Positions 1 to 9,147 of a stretch of DNA of 40,000 nucleotides are shown here, piece by piece; the stretch's first letter is position 1; each line of letters starts with the position of its first letter. The notes below the pieces were generated by a model that was not told the DNA's origin, did no database searches, and was given only the letters and a program-made list of their open reading frames with translations. This DNA is from Halococcus salifodinae. Lineage in GTDB: Archaea > Halobacteriota > Halobacteria > Halobacteriales > Halococcaceae. The position numbers and the translations under genes are program-made. The stretch is taken from assembly GCF_052043865.1 (NCBI RefSeq), contig NZ_JBQEMN010000005.1; one strand, 5' to 3'.

Positions 1-2299
1 TCCGTGGGTAGACGTCCGGATCATCGCACTCGCACCCTTCGTCGCCGATGAACGCAGTCTCACATGACCGACAGTGCTGATCGTGATGGATTTCAAAGAG
101 CCCACGCTTCACGAACGTGGACGATCCACAGTCGCATCGATTGGGGCTTTCCTCGAAGTGAATCCGACTACAGTCGCTGTTGTCACAGACCCACGGGAGG
201 AATCTCGTCAAACTGAGCGAGGAACCACAGTCGACACACTGGTCAGGGGCCTGTTTGGGGTGTTCGTAGGTCTCACCACAGTCCGGGCAATCGAATCGTC
301 CATCGATGGTGGCGAGGGCGAAGTCGGTCCCGTCACAGTTCTCACAGACACGTTCGGCCTCTTGGGTCGCCTCACACTGCGGATTAACGCAGGTGAACGA
401 TTCTTCTTCAGTCCTGACGGTCTTGGAGTCGCACTCGGGACAGTCCCGGATCGTCGTTCGCTCGGTTCGGTGCCTGCAGTTGCGGCACTCGAGGAATGGC
501 TGGAACGTCGCACGTACCATCTGAACGATGTCGTCGCGCACGTCCTCACATCGGCGGCAGACGTGTTCCTCGTCTTGGTCGATCGTTCCGTGCTCAGTCG
601 GCGTGTACGGTTCTAATTGATCACAACTCGGGCAGTACCACGCGACGAGATGCTCATCACTACAGTGCCGACAGTAGGTGGAGCGCGTGACGAAATCGAA
701 CCCACACTCACGGCAGTCGTCCTGTGGCGAACGGTACGTCGCATCGCACAACGGGCACGTGTAAAAGCCATCAATCGGCCAAGAGAACACATGACTCCGG
801 TTCTCCAGCATGCCGGAGAGCTCACCAAGGGTCCGGACGTTCGACACCAGTGTCGATGCTTCCTCAGCGTCAAGGTCCAGGACCGTCGCCAACTCGTCGT
901 GCAGTTGTGACTGCGTGAGTGGTTCGTCGTACAGCAACTGATGGACGTAGCGAACGACCTGTGCGCCAGGGTCGTTCTCGACTTCGGTGAGGTGGTCAAA
1001 GAGTGCGTCGCTCACCAGAGTCTCCCTGCGGGTACGATCGTACCTCGACGCGTCCTCCAGCGTGTAGTCGAACGCGTCGAGACCGGGGACCACGTCGTCC
1101 GGCGCGGTCATCGCACGCAGAATTCTGTCGACCGACAGACTGTACGACGTCAGCGCTTCTGGCACCTTCTCTGGAACGTTACCATCGAGGCCGCGAGGAG
1201 ATTCGCTCACTTGATTGACGTCGACGGCACCGCTGACCTTCTGGAACAGTTCGAGGTCGTTCTCGACAGTCGCACTGCTCGCGATGAGTTGCAGGTCGTC
1301 GACGCCACGTTCTTCCCGAAGAGACCGAACCCGCTTCATTAGCATCGACGTGTAACTCCCGAACAACCCATCGTAGGTATGCACCTCGTCGAAGACGAGA
1401 AATTCGGGCTCGTAGATGAATCGTTCGTGTTCGTCCTCGGCGTTGGTGTTGATGAGACGGTAATTTATCGTGTCTGGGTTGGTGAGCAGGATATCGACAC
1501 CGTCCTCAAGGATGTCGTTTTTAGTCAGGCGCAGGAAATCGAGCGGAACATCATTCGGATCGTCGTCCTCGCAGTGCGCTTTTTCGGGAATGAGTTTGAA
1601 CCGAGCACCAGTGTTCCGGATACGGACGCCGCCACCACAGTCTTGACACTTGGCAAGTTCGTCATTGTACCCCGGACACTCGAAGTGTCGGAACGTCGCG
1701 TTGAGGTATCCCTCAGCCCCCGACTCGCCGACATTTCGTGGGGTATCGCCGTCGTAGATGCCGACCGTGATCTGCTGTTCGGACGTTAGCTGCTTGTTGA
1801 TGAGGTATAGGTACTGAAGGAGACGCTTCAGTTGGTCCTGTGCGAGCGCCTTCGTCGGATAAATGAGAGTGGCCTTGACGCTCGTGTCGTCGTCACTTTG
1901 TCCGTAGCGCTTGTTCTTGAGAATGCGGTTGAGGATCGGAATGAGCCACGCTTCGGTCTTCCCGCGTCCCGTTGCGGCCGTAATGACGGTGTCGTCACCA
2001 TCGAGAATGGCTTCGATACTACGCTCTTGGAAGTCGTAGAGACGCTCGAAGCCGATCTTTGTGAACGCACGGCGGATATGCGGTTCGAGGTATTCCGAGC
2101 GAGCGAAGGCGTCCCACGAGCGACCACTCCAGTTCGGGATATCGAGTGCCTGGAGGTACGGACCGCGCATTCCAGTGAGAGCGTCTTCACCTTCGACAAG
2201 CCGGTTGGCGACAGTGCGCGCTGCTCGTCCACCACGACCAACGAAGTAGTCGTGGTAGGCTTCCTGCATCTGTTCCGCGCGGGCGGCAGGGTCTTTCAT
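1..2299 (-). CDS. SF2 DEAD/DEAH-box helicase (COG1205 / Lhr-YprA-like) with a tandem zinc-ribbon array; 3' end lies beyond the window edge
   Basis: Absent from the ORF track because this minus frame stays open from ATG 2299 down to position 1. Hand translation: MKDPAARAEQMQEAYHDYF... Motifs: I ITAATGRGKTEAW, Ia IYPTKALAQDQ, II LVFDEVHTYDG, III SSATVEN. These are followed by at least 7 CxxC...CxxC ribbons (CPLC/CREC, CRHC/CPSC, CRNC/CPEC, CENC, CPDC/CVDC, CRSC...). The ATG lies 2 nt after the upstream stop (2302-2304). Confidence 0.8.
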   Translation of the reverse strand, partial: MKDPAARAEQMQEAYHDYFVGRGGRAARTVANRLVEGEDALTGMRGPYLQALDIPNWSGRSWDAFARSEYLEPHIRRAFTKIGFERLYDFQERSIEAILDGDDTVITAATGRGKTEAWLIPILNRILKNKRYGQSDDDTSVKATLIYPTKALAQDQLKRLLQYLYLINKQLTSEQQITVGIYDGDTPRNVGESGAEGYLNATFRHFECPGYNDELAKCQDCGGGVRIRNTGARFKLIPEKAHCEDDDPNDVPLDFLRLTKNDILEDGVDILLTNPDTINYRLINTNAEDEHERFIYEPEFLVFDEVHTYDGLFGSYTSMLMKRVRSLREERGVDDLQLIASSATVENDLELFQKVSGAVDVNQVSESPRGLDGNVPEKVPEALTSYSLSVDRILRAMTAPDDVVPGLDAFDYTLEDASRYDRTRRETLVSDALFDHLTEVENDPGAQVVRYVHQLLYDEPLTQSQLHDELATVLDLDAEEASTLVSNVRTLGELSGMLENRSHVFSWPIDGFYTCPLCDATYRSPQDDCRECGFDFVTRSTYCRHCSDEHLVAWYCPSCDQLEPYTPTEHGTIDQDEEHVCRRCEDVRDDIVQMVRATFQPFLECRNCRHRTERTTIRDCPECDSKTVRTEEESFTCVNPQCEATQEAERVCENCDGTDFALATIDGRFDCPDCGETYEHPKQAPDQCVDCGSSLSLTRFLPWVCDNSDCSRIHFEESPNRCDCGSSTFVKRGLFEIHHDQHCRSCETAFIGDEGCECDDPDVYPR

Positions 2300-2301
2300 C
2301 G

Positions 2302-3132
2302 TTAGAGATTCAGTTCGACTGCCGACTCGAGTTCGTCGACGCGCTTCATCTCCTCGACGCTATCGAGTGAGACGTCTGCCAACGTGAGTTTCCGAGACTG
2401 GCTGAGTGTCTTAACGTCCTCAACGGTCGAGTCGGAGAGATCGTGCTTCTTTTGGAAGTCATCGAAACTCTGAAGCGACTGATGCTTCTCCCAGCTTTTC
2501 ACTGCGTTCTTCCACTGGGAGACGAAGTTCGATGCCGACCCGCTCGAGTCCATCAACTCCTCATTCAGGAGATTGTGCATATGGTTGAGTGTACGCGAGA
2601 AGTCCCTGTTCTGTCCTCCGAGAATCTTCTGGAGTTCCTCGGCGGCATTGACCTTCGTATTCCATTTCTCTTGCTTGGACTCGATCTGACGCCCAGTTTG
2701 CTCAATTACGTTATCGGCCTGACGCTTCGCTGACTGAATCTGCTCGATCTGCTTCTCTATCTCCGGAGTCAACTCAACTTTCGGGTTGCCCCTATCGTCG
2801 TCGGAGCCGAGTTCACCCTCGTCATCGGTGATTTCACCACTCTGGGCGTTCTCCAGCAGTTCCCCCTGTGTCGCCTCGGCCGCCTTCTTGGCGGTCTGTC
2901 CAGCACTATTAGTCATTGTCGGCGCTGAACCGTCGAGTGCCTCTTCGAAAACCGTCTTGTAGTATCGAAGATCTTCGAGACTTTCGATGAGATCGTCGAG
3001 TTCGCTGTTGACCTCGTTGATGTTGTGCTTCGCGACTGAGACGTGGAACTGGGTGTTTTCTGCTTGCTTGTGCGTCTTGACCTTGTCTTCGAGAGCCTCC
3101 ACGACTGTGGGTAGCGATTGGGTACTGGACAT
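2302..3132 (-). CDS. Hypothetical coiled-coil protein (276 aa)
   Basis: Part of track ORF 2302..3393. I trimmed it to ATG 3132 (MSSTQSLPTVVEALEDK...), which lies 1 nt after the stop of the upstream gene (3134-3136). The sequence is heptad-like and rich in K, E and Q. It sits in an operon. Confidence 0.7.
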   Translation of the reverse strand: MSSTQSLPTVVEALEDKVKTHKQAENTQFHVSVAKHNINEVNSELDDLIESLEDLRYYKTVFEEALDGSAPTMTNSAGQTAKKAAEATQGELLENAQSGEITDDEGELGSDDDRGNPKVELTPEIEKQIEQIQSAKRQADNVIEQTGRQIESKQEKWNTKVNAAEELQKILGGQNRDFSRTLNHMHNLLNEELMDSSGSASNFVSQWKNAVKSWEKHQSLQSFDDFQKKHDLSDSTVEDVKTLSQSRKLTLADVSLDSVEEMKRVDELESAVELNL

Positions 3133-3133
3133 T

Positions 3134-6100
3134 TCACAAATCCTCCGTGACTCCGATGACATCCTGCCGCTTCCGTTCGTACTCGGTGTACTCGTTGAGT
3201 TGCTGGATTCGGTGTTCGAGGTCGATCCCAGTCGAATGCTCTTGATCCTGAAGTTCGTCGATGAGCGAGTCGAGTGCTTCGTATATGTCCCAGGCCCCCT
3301 GCTCGTGGCTGCTGCGAGCGAAGTCGTGCAGGCGTGCGACGAGCGTCGTTCCAGTCGCGTCGTCCATGCTCTGGAACTTCTCCACGTCCTCACCGAAGGA
3401 TGTGAGTTTTACTTCGCCAGGCGATTCGGTAAGCGTCTCGTGGGCGTCTTCGTAGCTCGACTTGATGGTGACGTCCATCGTGCCAGCGCAGGTGTAAAGC
3501 GTCTCGAACCACTCGACGAGGTCGTCGACCGTGTGACTACTGTCGTGCCACCGCTCGACCGGCTCTAAAGCCTCCCGGATATGGGATGCGTCTTGCTCGG
3601 CTGTGAGACGCTGTATTTCAGTCGCGTAGTCCGAGATGCGGCTGAATAGTGTCGATACATTGGTGTTGGCCTGATTGCGAGTCGAGCCGATCTTGTATGC
3701 GTCGGGCAGATCACCTGTATCGATCATCATCGCGTCGTCGACGTGGGCTTCGAAGTTGCCCGCGACCTCACGTCGTGCTTCTGCTAAGCGCTCGTAGTCG
3801 ACGACATTCGACTTGAGCAGGAAGAACCCTTCAATGAGATCGCTGATATCGCTCGAAGACGCGCCCAGGTTCGTGAACGCTTCCCCGAACGCGCTGTCGC
3901 GCTCGAACTCATCGACGATCGGCTTCCCGTACGATTGGTCGTGTTCGTAGTCCTCGAAAACGAGCTGTGTCGATAGGCTGTCCTTTTCGATCTCCGTCCC
4001 CCTCGCGGCGTTGATGAGAAAGATCTGCCCCAGAACTAGCGTCTTCTCGATGGTGAGTCCCTCGGGGAGGCAGTCTTCGACCTCCTCGCGCATATCTTGC
4101 TTGAACTGCGCAACATTGGTGTCTGCCCACGCGCGTAACTGGTCGAAGTTCGTGTCGGTGGTATCGAACGTCTCGAAGAGACCGTATTCGAGCATCGGAG
4201 TGTAGAGGTCTGCGTGTTCTGCCCCCCACTCAAGTTCGATGTCGATGTTCGCCTGACGCTGCTGGTCTCCCTGGATGGACACCGGGATGCTGTCGCCGCG
4301 AGCGTAGTAGATCGCGCTCGCAGAGCGCGTCGACGCGTTCGGATTCCCGAGACGGCTCGGGTCATGACCGCGTTCGAGCGTCTCTATGGCCCCGTCGTGT
4401 AGCGTGTCCGAACTCGGATATTCTTCGCCGCTGATCACCCAGTCTTGGAACTCTTGGAACTTGTGCTGGCGCTCACGCTCCTCTTCCGATAGTTCGGACT
4501 CGTCGGTGACATCGACCTCGTCGTCCTCTTCGTCCCCGCCTTCGTCGTCTTCGGGGCCATTGTCCTCGCCCTCTTGCTCGTCACCGTCGTCTTCCTCGTC
4601 GATCTCGTGTTCGGGCGCGGGCGGGTTCTTGATCTTGTCGAGAACGGCACTTCCTTTTCCCTTATCGAAGACAACGTAGTCATCTTTCGCGGGCGCTTCT
4701 CCACTGTTGGGGAGTTCGATACCGAAGGCATCGAAGACATCGGTCTTGACACCGATGCCGCCCTCGACGGGAACACCGTACCAGCGACTGACGTCTTGGT
4801 ATATCTGGTCGTACTTCATGTCGACCTCGAACGTGGGCGTGTCCACGAACGAGTTCGACTTCATCGCCTTGTAGGGTGGCCAGGTCGACTTCAGGCAGTG
4901 TTTCACGACCCGCAGCAAAAGCAGGCGGGGCGTCTTTCGGTTACTACCTTCGTCGTTTAGCTGGCGGTAGGCGATGTTGACGAACCGTTCGTTGAACGGA
5001 TACAGTCCGTCGAAGGACTCTTCGACGCCATCCGGAGTGCTTTGGCTTCCAGAGTGACGTTTGATAGCGTTGAGGTATGACCGCGTGAGTTCGACAGAGG
5101 CGTCGTCGTCGAGGAAGTAAGCCTCGCCGTTCTCGTTGGTCATCGTTAGATATCCCTTGGAACGGCCTTTCATGTACGTAGCCGCGTCCGAGCGAGTCAT
5201 CGCGTCGTCGATGTTGTCCTGTTCCCAACCGATCGTCCACCCGAGGACGATGTCGTAGTGGCTGCTGCTGAGGTCGAAGATGTGGTCGAGGAGTTGTTCT
5301 TTTAGGACACTGAACGTCGTGAGGTCCTCACAGATGAGCACCGGCCGAATGTCCTGCTCTTGGTACAACTGAGAGTATTCTTGGAGTTGTTCCTTGAAGT
5401 CTCCAACCAGGTTTCGAGAGAGGTACTCGTGGGCCTCGTTCTTGAGTACCGTATAGAGCAGATCTTTGTTCTCGGTGAGTTTGTCGCTGAAGCTCATCTG
5501 GAGCCGAAGGTCCCGGAAGTCGGAGCGAGTGAGGAGGTTGAAGTCAGGGTTCTCGTCACGAGACTCAAGAGCGTCCTGGTACTTCTGAATGTTCTTCGCG
5601 AAGATTTCACGAAGGTCGCTCTTGTTGTCTCGTTTGTTAGTGAGTTCTTGAACGTCTTGGTCTGTGAGGTGATTAGTTGACCAGATACCGCGCATATACT
5701 CGACGATGGCACTCGCAGCGTCGTTCGGGTCGAGATCGTCGATGTTCTGCACGTCGGGATCGACGTCTAGGGGTTCGGTGAGAACATCGATGATCTGGTC
5801 CATCCGAGTCTGGCTTCGAGACACGTGAAGTGCCACGTAGTCCTCGACACCGTTGTCGTCCTCTCCGTAGCCGTTGATCTGGTACTTCGTCCACTCACAG
5901 AGTTGGCTCTTTCCAGAACCGGGTTCCCCACGGACGATGAAGATTCGGTTTGGATCCTCAAGATTCGACGCCGTGATGGATTCAAGGATGTCGTTTTGCG
6001 TGACGAAGTCCCCTGAGACGCCCACTGGAGTGAGCGTATCGGCGTAGATCCGGTCGATGTCGACGTGAGTTTCCTTGAACTGCTCGGGGGTCTTCTTGGC

Positions 6101-6199
6101 TGTGTGGGCTTCCGAGGTGATGAAATGGTCGATCTCGTCGTCATCCCAGTAGCGGTCCATCTCGCCGGCGGTCGAGGGTTGTTGAACGCTGTTGTTCAT
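3134..6199 (-). CDS. Large P-loop NTPase (1021 aa), family unassigned
   Basis: Track ORF. ATG 6199 overlaps the upstream stop (ATGA). Walker A is IVRGEPGSGKSQLCEW and a Walker-B-like motif is RPVLICEDLT. There is a central D/E-rich linker. I recognise no other domain. Confidence 0.8.
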   Translation of the reverse strand: MNNSVQQPSTAGEMDRYWDDDEIDHFITSEAHTAKKTPEQFKETHVDIDRIYADTLTPVGVSGDFVTQNDILESITASNLEDPNRIFIVRGEPGSGKSQLCEWTKYQINGYGEDDNGVEDYVALHVSRSQTRMDQIIDVLTEPLDVDPDVQNIDDLDPNDAASAIVEYMRGIWSTNHLTDQDVQELTNKRDNKSDLREIFAKNIQKYQDALESRDENPDFNLLTRSDFRDLRLQMSFSDKLTENKDLLYTVLKNEAHEYLSRNLVGDFKEQLQEYSQLYQEQDIRPVLICEDLTTFSVLKEQLLDHIFDLSSSHYDIVLGWTIGWEQDNIDDAMTRSDAATYMKGRSKGYLTMTNENGEAYFLDDDASVELTRSYLNAIKRHSGSQSTPDGVEESFDGLYPFNERFVNIAYRQLNDEGSNRKTPRLLLLRVVKHCLKSTWPPYKAMKSNSFVDTPTFEVDMKYDQIYQDVSRWYGVPVEGGIGVKTDVFDAFGIELPNSGEAPAKDDYVVFDKGKGSAVLDKIKNPPAPEHEIDEEDDGDEQEGEDNGPEDDEGGDEEDDEVDVTDESELSEEERERQHKFQEFQDWVISGEEYPSSDTLHDGAIETLERGHDPSRLGNPNASTRSASAIYYARGDSIPVSIQGDQQRQANIDIELEWGAEHADLYTPMLEYGLFETFDTTDTNFDQLRAWADTNVAQFKQDMREEVEDCLPEGLTIEKTLVLGQIFLINAARGTEIEKDSLSTQLVFEDYEHDQSYGKPIVDEFERDSAFGEAFTNLGASSSDISDLIEGFFLLKSNVVDYERLAEARREVAGNFEAHVDDAMMIDTGDLPDAYKIGSTRNQANTNVSTLFSRISDYATEIQRLTAEQDASHIREALEPVERWHDSSHTVDDLVEWFETLYTCAGTMDVTIKSSYEDAHETLTESPGEVKLTSFGEDVEKFQSMDDATGTTLVARLHDFARSSHEQGAWDIYEALDSLIDELQDQEHSTGIDLEHRIQQLNEYTEYERKRQDVIGVTEDL

Positions 6200-7122
6200 T
6201 GTCGGGTCAGGAACTGGGTGAGGGGGTACTGATAGGCCGTTTCGTCCGGGCGCGAGTGGATCGAAACGCGCGTCGCGTCACGCCGGTTTCCGCGAACGTC
6301 GTCGTCGAGGTCCTCCGGTGGAATCTCGACCGCGTTCTGCGAGTCACCGGGATTCGACAGAGAAATTACACCGTCATCCTCCATATTCCGCAGCACGTCG
6401 GCGATCGTGGGGTGGACACGCGGAGTGCCTGCCCGCTCTTCATACACCGCGAAGAGGTTGTCGTTTATCCAATCGAGTGCTCGCCGGAACTCTCCATCCG
6501 TTACTTCCACGTCGTCGTAACTGGGTTCCTCGCTGGAGGTCGTCGGAGCGAGTACGAGAGCGTCGTATGCCAAAGCACGACAGGGGCTGAGGACGAGTTC
6601 GTCTTCCGTCTCAGTTAACAGCCCCAGTTGCTCACACAGCGTCACCCACATATCGATCTTCTCGTCGGTCCAACTGAAGGTGTAGTCTGTCTCGCGCTTC
6701 AGGATGGTACGCAAGTCATCTTGACTGCCACTCACAATCCTGTTTTCCTCAGTCAGCAGCGCACGGTAGACATCAGCGAAGTGCGTCTGTCGCCCCTCCT
6801 GTTGGTTGCAGTGATACAACAATCGCGCTTCGAACTGGAGTCCACCGAACTGAGACTCGTTGATGCGTTCGACCGTGCTCCTGATGTCCCCTGAGGGACT
6901 CTCAACGAGATCGACCGCGTTCAGGAACCGCACTGTATCCTCGACGTGATCGGATTCGATCCCGTTGTCAGTTGGACGCCCAAACTTACTCGCCAGTTCG
7001 TTGACGCTGGTTGCGCTCTGAATGGCGTTGTGGATATGCTTTAATTCCGGTGCTCGCACCGAGATGAACCCGGTGAGTAACTTGTCTGGTTTCGTCTTAG
7101 CCGATGTGTACGTTGTGCTCAT
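6196..7122 (-). CDS. Hypothetical protein (308 aa)
   Basis: Track ORF 6196..7239 trimmed to ATG 7122 (MSTTYTSAKTKPDKLL...). This start overlaps the stop of the upstream gene as ATGA (7119-7122). The composition is acidic. Confidence 0.7.
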   Translation of the reverse strand: MSTTYTSAKTKPDKLLTGFISVRAPELKHIHNAIQSATSVNELASKFGRPTDNGIESDHVEDTVRFLNAVDLVESPSGDIRSTVERINESQFGGLQFEARLLYHCNQQEGRQTHFADVYRALLTEENRIVSGSQDDLRTILKRETDYTFSWTDEKIDMWVTLCEQLGLLTETEDELVLSPCRALAYDALVLAPTTSSEEPSYDDVEVTDGEFRRALDWINDNLFAVYEERAGTPRVHPTIADVLRNMEDDGVISLSNPGDSQNAVEIPPEDLDDDVRGNRRDATRVSIHSRPDETAYQYPLTQFLTRQ

Positions 7123-7985
7123 TCGTTCTCCTGATGACGATAGCGGTAGTCGTCGAGTCGTTCTTCCTCGAATTCCACCAACTCGAGCATGTCTATCATT
7201 CGGTTGGCGACCTGCTGGGTCGGCCCGCGTTCGGTCCACGACCGGAGCGCTTCCCTGATACGCTCGGAGTAATCCTCGAGGACATTATCGACATCCTCGC
7301 GGATGAGATAGTACAGGGGACCCCAGACTGGACTATCAGCAGGAATTTGTGTGTAGTCGAATAGTTCCGGGATGGACCCCGCGTTTAACTCCGCCGCCTT
7401 GTGATGGGCAGAGATCTGATGGAAGTACAGGTTCTGAGTCGTGGACAATGGAAGGTCCGAATCGAGATTGTACTGTAGGTAGCGCTTCAGCAGCGCTTTA
7501 TGATCGACAACCGTACATTCGAACTCATCGATGAACGACTTCCCTGGTTTCTTCGTATATCTGGGCATCGTTGGCGTGCTCGTATCGGTGACAAGCAGGT
7601 AGGGGACCCCTGAAGGTCTGTCCCGTAGCAGTTGGCGAACGATGTCTTGATCGTCGAAGGTATGCTCCTCGTCCTGTAGCTCACCAGTCAGCATCTCCTG
7701 GCTGATGTAGTGAACGAGAGGGAACTCAACGTTGTCCACACCGTTCTCTCGCAGCGACTCGTTTGCGACCATGTCGTATTCGACGAGGCGCAATCCGTTG
7801 TCGTAGATTCCGGGGTGAGCAACCGTTCCAAGTTCGAACTCTGCCAGCAACGGCAACGTCCGAAGTTGCGCACGTGCTTGCGTTCCAGTCTTTGCGAGTT
7901 GCGGATCTCGCATCACGACAAACGAGTCTCGCGTGCCGATGAATTCCGCTATCGCGGGCGTCTCTGTGTTGGGTGGGTCCATCAT
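7119..7985 (-). CDS. Hypothetical protein (about 288 aa), first gene of the five-gene operon; weak PD-(D/E)xK-like spacing
   Basis: Track ORF 7119..8036 starts at a GTG. The first ATG pair is at 7985/7982 (MMDPPNTE...). The motif LLVTD ... VVDHK is only suggestive of a nuclease fold. The start codon is uncertain (7985 or 8036). Confidence 0.6.
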   Translation of the reverse strand: MMDPPNTETPAIAEFIGTRDSFVVMRDPQLAKTGTQARAQLRTLPLLAEFELGTVAHPGIYDNGLRLVEYDMVANESLRENGVDNVEFPLVHYISQEMLTGELQDEEHTFDDQDIVRQLLRDRPSGVPYLLVTDTSTPTMPRYTKKPGKSFIDEFECTVVDHKALLKRYLQYNLDSDLPLSTTQNLYFHQISAHHKAAELNAGSIPELFDYTQIPADSPVWGPLYYLIREDVDNVLEDYSERIREALRSWTERGPTQQVANRMIDMLELVEFEEERLDDYRYRHQENE

Positions 7986-8182
7986 CGTCTGGTGTGCTTG
8001 GGTTCGGCGTCGATGTGGGATGGACGCCGACTGCACGCATCCATTAGTCGTAGCCGTGGCTACGGAACGATACAGCCGTTTTAGGCCGCGTCGAACGGGA
8101 TGCGATCACATATCCTTCAGGGGCAGTTGGTTTGAACCTGTCGGAATTTTTTATTTTATGTTCGCACAGATGGCTCTCCTCG

Positions 8183-8208
8183 TTCCAGGAAGCGACATCA
8201 TCCTGGAA
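8183..8208. promoter_or_regulatory. Perfect 8-bp inverted repeat TTCCAGGA-N10-TCCTGGAA in a divergent intergenic region
   Basis: Read directly from the sequence. It lies in the roughly 390-bp AT-richer spacer between the effector operon and the Csa3-like gene. A second palindrome, CGTAGCC-GT-GGCTACG, is at 8049-8064. Confidence 0.3.
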
Positions 8209-8424
8209 TAGCGTGCGAACTCTTGGCAGTACCATGAGAACAATCAAATAGTTGCCGACGGTGCAACAAACACGGGACAGTTGCGGTGATCTGGAACGAC
8301 AAAGCAGTATATCTGGGCTAATTGATCCATTTGCCACCAATCCGAATCTGATTCTATACAGATTTCACTCCCACTGTTGCGTTGAAGCGGAACAGTAACG
8401 ACCATCCGAAGGAGTAGCAAAAAC

Positions 8425-9078
8425 ATGCGCACCTATCTAGCGCCACTTGGTTTCGACAGTCGACGTGTAGTACGGCCAGTTTTAAGCGAAGGTCTTGACA
8501 CCGGCGACCACATCCTGTTGTTACAACCCGCTACCGGATCAGATCAAGGAGATAGCGCGCTCGAGGAGGTAGAGGACATCCTTACACAGGTCGTTCCCGA
8601 TCTCGACCCAGTAGCTGAAACCTTACCCTACTCGGATTTCGTAGAAACGACGCTACACTGTGCCGACCTCATACAGGCGTCTGACGGCGAGACAATTGTC
8701 ATTCTTGGTGGAGGTGCACGAGAATTACTTCTCCCTCTGACCATCGCGACGTTCACCGCTACAGATGATGTGGACACCATCCTTCAGATAGGAGATATCG
8801 ACAGCAGCGTTCGACGGCTCCCTCAGCTGAACCTCCGAGGGAACGTTTCAGACGCCGAGGCAGGGTTGCTAGCAGATCTAGGTATGCTGGATACGCCACT
8901 TTCCATCACCGAAATAGCAGACGGATTGGACAAATCAAAGAGCACGATAGCCCGCCATGTCAGTAGCCTTGAATCCGAGGGATTCGTCTCGGCCAGCAAG
9001 AACGGTCGGTTGAAGAATGTCTCGATAACCGACAGCGGGCGGGTATTCCTGAAAACGTGGCACCGACCGCAGATCTGA
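8425..9078 (+). CDS. Csa3-like regulator (CARF-like Rossmann N-domain plus C-terminal winged HTH)
   Basis: Track ORF with an ATG start. The N-terminus MRTYLAPLGFDSRRVVRPVL, then DHILLLQP, then IVILGGGARELLLPL, parallel the Csa3 layout. The C-terminal part LSITEIADGLDKSKSTIARHVSSLESEGFV is a wHTH. Confidence 0.6.
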   Translation: MRTYLAPLGFDSRRVVRPVLSEGLDTGDHILLLQPATGSDQGDSALEEVEDILTQVVPDLDPVAETLPYSDFVETTLHCADLIQASDGETIVILGGGARELLLPLTIATFTATDDVDTILQIGDIDSSVRRLPQLNLRGNVSDAEAGLLADLGMLDTPLSITEIADGLDKSKSTIARHVSSLESEGFVSASKNGRLKNVSITDSGRVFLKTWHRPQI

Positions 9079-9147
9079 CGGTGGGATTTTCGCTGGGGTT
9101 AGAAATGGATTATGGCAGTCTTCATCACCTTCGCCGTTTAGCGCACA

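Noticed and set aside
74-2305. A chain of plus-strand ORFs (74..616, 617..910, 941..1342, 1379..1789, 1832..2305)
   Set aside because: All are antisense to the uninterrupted minus-strand helicase frame, which carries motifs I, Ia, II and III. The track lacks the helicase only because it has no stop within the window.
4470-4612. The D/E-rich tract (EIDEEDDGDEQEGEDNGPEDDEGGDEEDDE...) in the 1021-aa NTPase, considered as a possible DNA mimic or repeat element
   Set aside because: Acidic low-complexity linkers are common in halophile proteins, and the DNA shows no true tandem repeat unit.
8044-8340. A 98-aa minus-strand ORF in the spacer between the effector operon and the Csa3-like gene
   Set aside because: Its composition is basic and Cys-rich, unlike the acidic proteome seen elsewhere, and it lies in AT-richer DNA that looks like a promoter region. 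I treat it as non-coding.
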